NCBI RefSeq assembly: GCF_001194135.2
Contig: NC_068990.1
Coordinates: 81,094,735-81,158,734, forward strand
Direction of reading: 5' to 3'
DNA length: 64,000 nucleotides
From: Octopus bimaculoides
Taxonomy: Eukaryota
Positions 53,884 through 64,000 of this stretch are shown here, in pieces (position 1 is the stretch's first letter; every line of letters starts with the position of its first letter). The translations under genes and the position numbers were made by a program. The notes under the pieces are model-generated. The model made no database searches. It was not told the DNA's origin and worked only from the letters and a program-made list of their open reading frames with translations.

Positions 53884-54757
53884 GGATTAGCAATTGAGTT
53901 GCTTCTCCAACATACTGAAAATTTAGAAATAGCAGTCAAAGAACTACTGATTCCAAACTACAAATTTTCTCTAAAGTGGATGGCGATATTTATGGCACAC
54001 ATAGAACAAAAAACCGGAGGGAAAAGCGTAAACAAACCAAGCCTTTAGTTAATTGGATACNNNNNNNNNNNNNNNNNNNNNNNNNNNNNNNNNNNNNNNN
54101 NNNNNNNNNNNNNNNNNNNNNNNNNNNNNNNNNNNNNNNNNNNNNNNNNNNNNNNNNNNNNNNNNNNNNNNNNNNNNNNNNNNNNNNNNNNNNNNNNNNN
54201 NNNNNNNNNNNNNNNNNNNNNNNNNNNNNNNNNNNNNNNNNNNNNNNNNNNNNNNNNNNNNNNNNNNNNNNNNNNNNNNNNNNNNNNNNNNNNNNNNNNN
54301 NNNNNNNNNNNNNNNNNNNNNNNNNNNNNNNNNNNNNNNNNNNNNNNNNNNNNNNNNNNNNNNNNNNNNNNNNNNNNNNNNNNNNNNNNNNNNNNNNNNN
54401 NNNNNNNNNNNNNNNNNNNNNNNNNNNNNNNNNNNNNNNNNNNNNNNNNNNNNNNNNNNNNNNNNNNNNNNNNNNNNNNNNNNNNNNNNNNNNNNNNNNN
54501 NNNNNNNNNNNNNNNNNNNNNNNNNNNNNNNNNNNNNNNNNNNNNNNNNNNNNNNNNNNNNNNNNNNNNNNNNNNNNNNNNNNNNNNNNNNNNNNNNNNN
54601 NNNNNNNNNNNNNNNNNNNNNNNNNNNNNNNNNNNNNNNNNNNNNNNNNNNNNNNNNNNNNNNNNNNNNNNNNNNNNNNNNNNNNNNNNNNNNNNNNNNN
54701 NNNNNNNNNNNNNNNNNNNNNNNNNNNNNNNNNNNNNNNNNNNNNNNNNNNNNNNNN

Positions 54758-54789
<32 letters not shown>

Positions 54790-55278
54790 TGTGCATGTAT
54801 GTATCTGTGTCTGTAACTCTCAGAGAATATCGTAACAAAATCCGTGCGTCGAACAAAAACACTACTTCGTCTGTTCAAGTTCCGTTACGTTCCGTACCGT
54901 CCGAATTACGCTCCTTTTACCACATACTAGACCAGGGTCGATACAATCGACCAAACCTTTGGCCGCCGTCCAATGAAAGAAACCAGCAAAAGAATAAAAA
55001 GAAATGTGTGTGTATTCGTGTGTGTGTTTGTTTATGTGTGTGGGTGTATTTTATTATTTTACACGTATATCGAACATATATCTGGCGTGTGCATTAGATC
55101 ACAAATATAATACATTACGCCGACCTTCTACTGGCCAGTATTGAACATTTTGCATCTCTGCTACAAAATACAATATACTGAGATATATTTTTAAATTATA
55201 TGAATGATACAAACATAAAGATGCAGACATGGCTACGCAGTGGAAAAGCCCGCTTTTCTACAGTGATGTTCTTTAGGG

Positions 55279-55939
55279 TAGTAGTCCCCAAACGTTTTCA
55301 GGCTGCCGCCCCCCTTGGTACCCAGGCCACATTCCTCGCGCTCCCTCAAATATAGATTACTGCAGCAAATTCAAAACAAATAAAACTTAAACCTAATTAA
55401 TTTCTTTTACTCTTTTACTCTTTTACTTGTTTCAGTCATTTGACTGCGGCCATGCTGGAGCACCACCTTTAGTCGAGAAAATCGACCCCAGGACTTATTC
55501 CTTGTAAGCCTAGTACTTATTCTATCGGTCTCCTTTGCCGAACCGCTAAGTTACAGGGACGTAAACGCACCACCCTCCGTTGTCAAGCGATGTTGTGGGG
55601 GACAAACACAGACACATAAACATACACAAACACACACACACATACATATATATATACATATATACGACGGGCTTTTTTAAGTTTCCGTCTACCAAATCTA
55701 CTCACAAGGCTTTGGTCGGCCCGAGGCTATAGTAGAAGACACTTGCCCGAGATGCCACGCAGTGGGACTGAACCCGGAACCATGTGGTTGGTAAGCAAGC
55801 TACTTACCTATTTATAATTTTTTTTAACATCCATCACCGCATTTTGGCTAGCTCATTATCATCCCACTTCTCTTCAACGCCCACCTGGATTTTTCCACCG
55901 TCCCTAAGGGGGCAATGCTTCCCACTTTGGGAACCACTG
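55279..55939. mobile_element. hAT (Charlie-like) MITE carrying a nested SINE
   Basis: TIRs tagtagtccccaaa / reverse complement cagtggttcccaaa; 8-bp TSD ctttaggg (55271-55278) vs ttttaggg (55940-55947). Confidence 0.8.
55401..55808 (-). mobile_element. SINE family B inserted in the hAT MITE
   Basis: Well-conserved copy lacking only the first ~15 nt. Confidence 0.95.
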
Positions 55940-56095
55940 TTTTAGGGTTTTAAAGAATCTACAAAACCCTTCAAAGCTCTACCTCAGTATTTCGAAGTTT
56001 TTGCTGCTCTGGCAGCTTCTTCTAAGAGAATTGGTAACCGATCAAATCAGGAGATATGAAACTTGATATCACAGTTAAGAGTCACAATATGTTCT

Positions 56096-56305
56096 TTATT
56101 CTTTTATTCTCTTACTTGTTTCAGTCATTTTGACTGTGGCCATGCTGGAGCACCACTTTTGAGTCGAAGAAATCAACCCTTGGACTTACATTTTGTAAAC
56201 CTGCTACTTATTCTATCGTTTGTTATGCCGAACCGCTAAGTTACGGGGACGTAAACACACCAACATCGGTTGTCAAGTGATGGTGGCAGGGGGGACAAAC
56301 AGATA
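56096..56305 (-). mobile_element. SINE family B, 3' half
   Basis: cttacttgtttcagtcattttgactgtggccatgctggagcacc...ggggggacaaacaga. Confidence 0.9.
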
Positions 56306-56324
56306 CACAAACTCTCACTCCTTG

Positions 56325-56459
56325 TTTCTCGCCTTATTTCATTCTGTGTTCCTTTCTGTGGAAGAGCCTAGGCTCGAAACGTTAAACACTTTTTCACTTC
56401 CGAGCGTTATACTAATACATGTGTTTCTTGCCTACACCACCTGTCTTCGTCTTTTGTTG
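56325..56459 (+). mobile_element. Penelope-like terminal repeat fragment, second copy
   Basis: cctttctgtggaagagcctaggctcgaaacgtta...ccgagcgttatactaatac; homologous to 35070-35225. Confidence 0.55.
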
Positions 56460-57025
56460 NNNNNNNNNNNNNNNNNNNNNNNNNNNNNNNNNNNNNNNNN
56501 NNNNNNNNNNNNNNNNNNNNNNNNNNNNNNNNNNNNNNNNNNNNNNNNNNNNNNNNNNNNNNNNNNNNNNNNNNNNNNNNNNNNNNNNNNNNNNNNNNNN
56601 NNNNNNNNNNNNNNNNNNNNNNNNNNNNNNNNNNNNNNNNNNNNNNNNNNNNNNNNNNNNNNNNNNNNNNNNNNNNNNNNNNNNNNNNNNNNNNNNNNNN
56701 NNNNNNNNNNNNNNNNNNNNNNNNNNNNNNNNNNNNNNNNNNNNNNNNNNNNNNNNNNNNNNNNNNNNNNNNNNNNNNNNNNNNNNNNNNNNNNNNNNNN
56801 NNNNNNNNNNNNNNNNNNNNNNNNNNNNNNNNNNNNNNNNNNNNNNNNNNNNNNNNNNNNNNNNNNNNNNNNNNNNNNNNNNNNNNNNNNNNNNNNNNNN
56901 NNNNNNNNNNNNNNNNNNNNNNNNNNNNNNNNNNNNNNNNNNNNNNNNNNNNNNNNNNNNNNNNNNNNNNNNNNNNNNNNNNNNNNNNNNNNNNNNNNNN
57001 NNNNNNNNNNNNNNNNNNNNNNNNN

Positions 57026-57063
<38 letters not shown>

Positions 57064-57519
57064 ACAAACCTATACATACACATTCCACAATATATATATA
57101 TATTGCGAGATATAACCGGGCGTTGCGTTGTGCCCTTGAGGAAAGCACTTCATTTCACGTTACTCTACGATCATTTCGTCATCCGACATGTGGCACCCGT
57201 TGCACCCGTTGCACAGGTAATTTCGAGCTGATTGAGAAAGTGAACTTATGTGTACACACACATTTGATGACAATAAACAAATCGATTGTGTGGTTGTTCG
57301 ATAAGAAATTGTCGAACCCTCATATCTTGTCTAACGACAGGAGTGTCCATCATATATATATATGTGTGTGTGAGTGTGTGTGTGTGTGTGTGTGGAATCC
57401 CAATAATAAAACGTAAGAAATACTTCAATAAAACATTGAATCTTCGAAACTTACGATCTTGAGTAGACTACTCTAACAACTTAGGGACGCGCCTTCACTT
57501 ATGCGTACACTCACTCACT

Positions 57520-57726
57520 CATTCGCTCACGCACCCGCTCACTCACTCGCTCACTCACTCACTGATTCACTCATTCATTCACTCTTTCACTCACTCACTC
57601 ACTCACTAAATCAATCAATCACTCACTCACGCACTCACACACATTCACTCATTCACTCAATCAATCAATCACTTACTCACTCACTCACTCACTCCTCACT
57701 CACTCAATCACTCACTCACGCACTCA
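57520..57726 (+). repeat. (TCAC)n/(TCAA)n tetranucleotide array running into a gap
   Basis: Directly visible. Confidence 0.95.
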
Positions 57727-58610
57727 NNNNNNNNNNNNNNNNNNNNNNNNNNNNNNNNNNNNNNNNNNNNNNNNNNNNNNNNNNNNNNNNNNNNNNNNNN
57801 NNNNNNNNNNNNNNNNNNNNNNNNNNNNNNNNNNNNNNNNNNNNNNNNNNNNNNNNNNNNNNNNNNNNNNNNNNNNNNNNNNNNNNNNNNNNNNNNNNNN
57901 NNNNNNNNNNNNNNNNNNNNNNNNNNNNNNNNNNNNNNNNNNNNNNNNNNNNNNNNNNNNNNNNNNNNNNNNNNNNNNNNNNNNNNNNNNNNNNNNNNNN
58001 NNNNNNNNNNNNNNNNNNNNNNNNNNNNNNNNNNNNNNNNNNNNNNNNNNNNNNNNNNNNNNNNNNNNNNNNNNNNNNNNNNNNNNNNNNNNNNNNNNNN
58101 NNNNNNNNNNNNNNNNNNNNNNNNNNNNNNNNNNNNNNNNNNNNNNNNNNNNNNNNNNNNNNNNNNNNNNNNNNNNNNNNNNNNNNNNNNNNNNNNNNNN
58201 NNNNNNNNNNNNNNNNNNNNNNNNNNNNNNNNNNNNNNNNNNNNNNNNNNNNNNNNNNNNNNNNNNNNNNNNNNNNNNNNNNNNNNNNNNNNNNNNNNNN
58301 NNNNNNNNNNNNNNNNNNNNNNNNNNNNNNNNNNNNNNNNNNNNNNNNNNNNNNNNNNNNNNNNNNNNNNNNNNNNNNNNNNNNNNNNNNNNNNNNNNNN
58401 NNNNNNNNNNNNNNNNNNNNNNNNNNNNNNNNNNNNNNNNNNNNNNNNNNNNNNNNNNNNNNNNNNNNNNNNNNNNNNNNNNNNNNNNNNNNNNNNNNNN
58501 NNNNNNNNNNNNNNNNNNNNNNNNNNNNNNNNNNNNNNNNNNNNNNNNNNNNNNNNNNNNNNNNNNNNNNNNNNNNNNNNNNNNNNATATATATATATAT
58601 ATATATATAT

Positions 58611-58769
58611 ACGACGGGCTTCTTTCAGTTTCCGTCTACCAAATCCACTCACAAGGCTTTGGTCGGCCCGAGACTATAGTAGAAGACACTTGCCCAAGAT
58701 GCTACGTGGTGAGACTGAACCCGGAACCTTGTGGTTGGGAAGTAAGGTACTTACCACACAACCACTCTT
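58611..58769 (-). mobile_element. SINE family B, 5' half, adjoining a gap at its internal (TA)n
   Basis: acgacgggcttctttcagtttccgtctaccaaatccactcacaaggc...ttaccacacaaccactc. Confidence 0.9.
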
Positions 58770-58989
58770 GCGCCTATAGTGCTTTTTTAAAATATTATAT
58801 TGGAGGAAAAACGTCGATCTTTATTATCTCCCCTGAAAGAATAATCATTGCACCTTTTTTTCTGCTGCTCAGGTCAACTTTTATCAAATTCATTCCAACT
58901 ATGACCATCCAGTTTCAACCATTTAAAAAATATGTTTGTCTTCGTTACATAAAGTGCCTTGAACTTATAAAAGACCGTAGGCTATGATT

Positions 58990-59300
58990 TGATGCAGATT
59001 CGGTTACTATTTCTAGCATCCGCATAGAAGCTCCCTCGTTGGCCGGATGCTGTGGTGACAGCTGACGTTGCATAACTGCAGATTAGCCCTGACTGTGTTG
59101 TCATACGACGAATCTCGATCCATAGATCTATTTTCTCAATCTTCAGCTGACTGAGGACCGCAGAGCATACTCCAACACAGAGATATGAATCACAAAAGTC
59201 TGGGCATATTTCACTCTCTCCATTGTTGTTTTTCTGTTGGTAGTTAGCCACAGAAGAGGCGCAGGAAATAGGTTCTGTCAGAGTACAATTGTTGTTATTC
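58990..59300 (-). mobile_element. Possible RTE LINE remnant
   Basis: AVLSQLK..EIRRM.. and SIRPT (in another frame) loosely match RTE ALLSQRRLRW.GHVRRM..GIRPTGRP; weak. Confidence 0.35.
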
Positions 59301-59309
59301 ATCCGCGTT

Positions 59310-61105
59310 TATTACGTATGCGTGTGGTTGTAAAATACAGTGTGCAGTATTAAGAACCAGTGAGCTTATTGATTTTGTTGTTATTTCTACCCGTATAATC
59401 TTATTTTTTAATGTTTGTCAGAGTTAAATGGAGTGGTTAATGTTTTTAGGATGTTGTTGACGGTGCAGTGCTATAAGATGCTGTGTCTATGCTGTGTGGA
59501 TTGTTTTCCATTTAGTGACAGGAATTACTGGGGTGAAACTAGCTTCAGCAACAAACTCAACGCATGTCCTGGTGGGCTTTCATATTTAGTAATTTTTTAT
59601 TTCATTTAGTATTGATCTGTCCGTGTGGTCTGTGTATAAACCTTTGTGTTTGGCACAGTGTGTTGTTCGTTACTCTTTGTAGTTCATTGTGCTTTATTGT
59701 TAGGAAATTAGAGACCAAGTGGGGACTAGTGTAGTCATATATATGAAAGTAATATGCAGTTTGTACATCAGTGTTTTTGTTCCTTCTACTGGTCAAATGC
59801 AGTACCTGTCATTGATTTCAATATGTCTGTACTTCGTTATTCTTTCTTTATTGTCTTCTCTGTGTGTTGTGAATATTGCGAAGTATGATACTATTAACAT
59901 TTTTCTCGAGTGTATATGTGCGTGTGTTCTTGCGTGTGTGTGAGTGTGTGTGTTCTTGCGTGTGTGTGTGTGCTTGCATGCGATATATTTATATTGCTTT
60001 AGTGGTTGATTGTTGCTGATGTTCTCTGCTATAACGATTTTACGTCATTTTTTTTATAGATACGACTTGAAGTAATTTGTTATAGAGCCACGTTACTAGA
60101 TAATTTAACTAAGTTTGTAATTGATTACTGCAATATTTAGAGACTGGTGGAAGATGTAAGTGCGATACCATTTGATTATATGAGGCTGGTTGTAAATTTT
60201 GTGAGAATGTCGTGTATATATAGATTGAAAAGAGTTGAGGAGAAGCTGGATTCCTGTAGTACACCATTCAAGAAAATACAGCTTCTAGAAATGCTACTTC
60301 TTGTATACTAAATAAACTTGACGGCCTGATAGGCAGTTTGCTTGCCAATGTTTTGTGTAGTTTCTAAAGGTGGTGTGTTGAATGTTATTTGCTTTAGAGG
60401 TTAACAAGGAATGGAATGTGGAAATCTTGCTGATGTCAATGATAGTTAAAATGGTACATGACGGAAGCATTTCCTGTTGTAATCATCATGTGTTTTCAGT
60501 ATGAAGTGCATGAGTGGTGTAGCGGTTGAGAATAGCGATGCGAAGACTGTATTCTGATTCAATCGGAATGACGTGCTGGCTAGTGATACCAACAATTAGT
60601 CTTTCTCTATAGTGTTTGAAGGTTGCCAATAAGAAGGCGATGGGTGTTGGAAGGAATGAGTCAAAATCCGGATCTAGGTGGAAAATACATTTTACTTGGT
60701 TTTACTGAATAGATATGAACGATCGTAATATAGATAGGGTTGAGGTGACTGGGATCTTTACATGAAATAACTTCGAATACAAAACTTTTTTATCAGTTCT
60801 ATAACACAAAATATACAAGTATACGAAGTTTGAAAGTGTTTCGGTACCAAAAACACTACATAAAACATAAATGAAAAGTGGTGTCCGTCAATTCAGAAAG
60901 ATCCGGTGACTGACCATTGTTGTTGTTGATGCTGTTAATTTACTCTATATAGTGTTCTACTGTTAGTTTTACAGTTTATCTTTAAAACTATATTTGCTAA
61001 TTTTCTGTTGCAATGATTTATAATTTTTTTGCTACTTCTTCATTTAGTTGTTTGATGTTCAGTATATTTCGGTTGTGTAGGACTTTGGTGCATTGGATGA
61101 GGTTG
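59310..61105 (-). mobile_element. Degraded I-group/Ingi-like LINE, RT and downstream region
   Basis: Motifs in the expected order: PIAFLL..ERLI..SQHVIP, IIDISK, LSGRQVYLVY, NGVLQESSFSSTLFNLYIHDI, then YDYTSP..HNELQRVTN (resembles .YASP.W....KLQ..QN). Many stops. Confidence 0.65.
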
Positions 61106-61108
61106 TCT

Positions 61109-61201
61109 CTGAAATTTAAAAAAGGAAACGAAAAGAAAACTGAAATTTAAAAAAGGAAACGAAAAGAAAACTGAAATTTAAAAAAGGAAACGAAAAGAAA
61201 A
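61109..61201 (+). repeat. Perfect 31-bp tandem triplication (ctgaaatttaaaaaaggaaacgaaaagaaaa)
   Basis: Unit starts at 61109, 61140 and 61171; identical copies. Confidence 0.97.
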
Positions 61202-61971
61202 CTTTAACAATGGAATTTCTTTGACCTAACTAGAATTTCTTTGACCATATGTGTTAATCAAGTTTGACCTTGGGCTAAACAACAAAACTATGTATTGCTA
61301 TTCAGCCTCTGGAATAACAGCTTCACTTAATCCTTTCTCTTTAGACAATAACCTTCTGCGAAATCGTCCACATTTTCCCAACAGACGTCGACGTACAATA
61401 TATTGCTCTTAAATTTCACTAGATTCTTAGAATTTACGAATGTCATGGCCATGAGTCTTTCTTTCGTTCTTACTCTCTCACTCTCACTCTCTCACTCACT
61501 CACTCTATCTCTCTGACTAAGTTATTAAAAAACATATCTAATACTTATATTGAAACGTAACTACAAATGCAAATGGAGTCGGTGAGATTTGGGCTCCGAA
61601 TGTAAAAGAATGTAAATAAACACCACAAGAAATTTACAGCAGTCTCAGCTATGTAATATTGAGCATGAAGTGGAAAAGCTTCGCTCAACAGATTATCGTT
61701 GCAATCTGAAAAATAAAAAGAAAAGAAAACTTCCTTCGGGAGTATTTAGAATCGAACACCAGCGAATAAATGTTGTAACTGGATATGAATAACATTAGCT
61801 GATCCACGCGGTCGCTTTACCTGTTTGAAATGACAACCAAATCTCTCCCGAATCACGTCCTACTGTCTATTATGGATTCGTCGATTCTGAGTGTCATGAA
61901 TTATAGAAAACAGGAAAAAAAAAGAAAGAATGGTTGTGCATACAGTGCGTTTGATCCTAGGTTTGCCCGAT

Positions 61972-62192
61972 CGATAATCTTTTCTATTATAGGCACAAGA
62001 CCTCGATTTTGTGGAGAGAGGGACAGCCGATCACATCGACCTCAGTACTCAACTGGTACTTAATATATCGACCACCGAAAGGATGAAAGGCAAAGTCGAC
62101 CTCGGCGGAATTTGAACTCAGAACGTAAAGACGAACGAAATACCCCTAAGTATTTCGCCCGGCATGCTAACAATTCTGTCGGCTCGACGCCT
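61972..62192 (-). mobile_element. SINE family C, short-tail variant
   Basis: ataatcttttctattataggcacaagacc...aaaggcaaagtcgacctcggcggaatttgaactcagaacg...gcatgctaacaattctgtcggctcgacgcc. Confidence 0.9.
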
Positions 62193-62801
62193 TTTTGCTC
62201 GATCAATAATGACCTGCGGTTAAACAATATTGCATTACATAAATTTAGATGGCCAAAGTCAATACAAATTAAACCTCCCGCCTTTTAGTGGACATGTAAC
62301 TACTTTATTGGTGTGGGTCAAATTCGTCACAAGTAGTATTTGACCTCTGCTTGAAAGAGGCGTAATCAAATATTGCAAATATATAATTTTCATCCGGCAA
62401 TCTATTCTCCTTGGCCCCGCTAGCAATAAGGACTTCTTGCATGAATACCAACGACAACTGTGTACAGGCGGAAAAAAGTATTGGCGTCGATTCGATACAC
62501 TCATATTTACGCCACCGACTCCTGTATGTAAATGCATTTCGTACATTCGTACATTATGAGCAATAGCGTCATGGCTTACAGTTTCCAACGGACCAATCAC
62601 TTGATTCACTGTATTTACGAGAGTAAGAGGAACGAGGAAGAGTCAGTACATCTCGTGAGGAATAGATACGAAAAGTTATTTATTTTTAAAAGCACCGGTT
62701 TATTGTTTGTTCTAAGTTTGCATCTTTTGCCTAAATGCACTAGCGTCTATATATGTATATGTGTATATACATATATATGTGTGTCTGTGTATATATATGT
62801 A

Positions 62802-62840
<39 letters not shown>

Positions 62841-63943
62841 NNNNNNNNNNNNNNNNNNNNNNNNNNNNNNNNNNNNNNNNNNNNNNNNNNNNNNNNNNNN
62901 NNNNNNNNNNNNNNNNNNNNNNNNNNNNNNNNNNNNNNNNNNNNNNNNNNNNNNNNNNNNNNNNNNNNNNNNNNNNNNNNNNNNNNNNNNNNNNNNNNNN
63001 NNNNNNNNNNNNNNNNNNNNNNNNNNNNNNNNNNNNNNNNNNNNNNNNNNNNNNNNNNNNNNNNNNNNNNNNNNNNNNNNNNNNNNNNNNNNNNNNNNNN
63101 NNNNNNNNNNNNNNNNNNNNNNNNNNNNNNNNNNNNNNNNNNNNNNNNNNNNNNCATATATATAAATGTATGCATGTGTGTGCGTGTGTGTTCTTTTTTA
63201 AACTTCATCGTTTTTAATTCTTAATATAAACTCAGTGTAACTGAACTTTCAATCATGTATAACTAATACGAAATCCACCGAACATTTGAACTTGCATTAC
63301 TACCTATCTCTGTGAAACATTTTAAATATTGGAATTTTGCATGAACATTTGATCTTTTAAACATGCTTTTCCGAATTTTTTCTGGCTACCTTTTATCTCT
63401 CCTAAACTTTTCTTTGTTGCTTTTTGTGAATTTCCTATTCACAAACAAAAAAATTGTCGAAACCGGTTAGGTATTTTAATAAATCTTCTACAAAAATTTA
63501 AAAACTACAACACGTTTTAAAACTCAGCTGCATTTTCACTCCCGTAAGCCAACTCTCCCTTACACACACACACACATATATATATATATACGTACATACA
63601 TATATACATATACACACACATATGCATGCAATATTAAGCTATTCGAAGAATCGCCAAAAGCGGTTTATCGGAGACTCTACTTCTAGTGCTGAGTCACATT
63701 ATCAGTTTAATGTTTTTGATGTTTTTAAGAACACAGTATATTAACAAATATATTTGTTGTGTAAGCCAGTGTGTGAGTGTTTGTGTACATGTGTCCATTT
63801 ATTCATTAGTTTCAAAGAGGACAAGGAAAGGCTGTCCACTGTGGCCTTTCAGCCATCTAACACGTTTTACGCATTTCTGCAGCTAAAATATACCCTGCTC
63901 CGTGTAAATGTATTACATGAGCAAAAAAAGAAAAATAAATAAA

Positions 63944-64000
<57 letters not shown>

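Noticed and set aside
57100-57345. Open frames with a CAG|GTAATT donor (RYNRALRCALEESTSF...)
   Set aside because: No acceptor context or homology; it more likely belongs to an interspersed repeat, which I cannot confirm from a second copy in this window.
62300-62660. Possible LINE RNase H remnant (HIYATD ... RNEEESVHLVR)
   Set aside because: Motif similarity too weak to support a call.

Overview
AT-rich eukaryotic (metazoan) genomic DNA with many N gaps and extreme microsatellite density ((TA)n, (CA)n, (TAA)n, (GATA)n, mixed triplets). The tRNA-derived SINE families and overall repeat landscape resemble a cephalopod (Octopus-type) genome; this is inference, not a search result. Almost all ORFs in the supplied track are simple-repeat or gap artefacts. 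What the sequence supports: three abundant tRNA-derived SINE families (A, B, C) plus a fourth short repeat (D); at least five R4/Dong-clade LINE fragments; Tx1/L1-, RTE- and I-like LINE remnants; Tc1/mariner and hAT non-autonomous elements; and two Penelope-type terminal repeats with a hammerhead-ribozyme-like fold. No recognisable host gene is present, but a phase-consistent chain of small minus-strand exons (15441 to 2008) and two more near 512-1072 may be the 3' end of an unidentified gene. The best structural findings are: two different Dong/R4 3' ends stacked in a (TAA)n array that begins as a SINE tail; a fold-back mariner made of two inverted right halves; and the atypical hammerhead-like motifs. 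No prokaryotic-type systems (CRISPR etc.) are seen. All similarity calls are by eye from manual translation.
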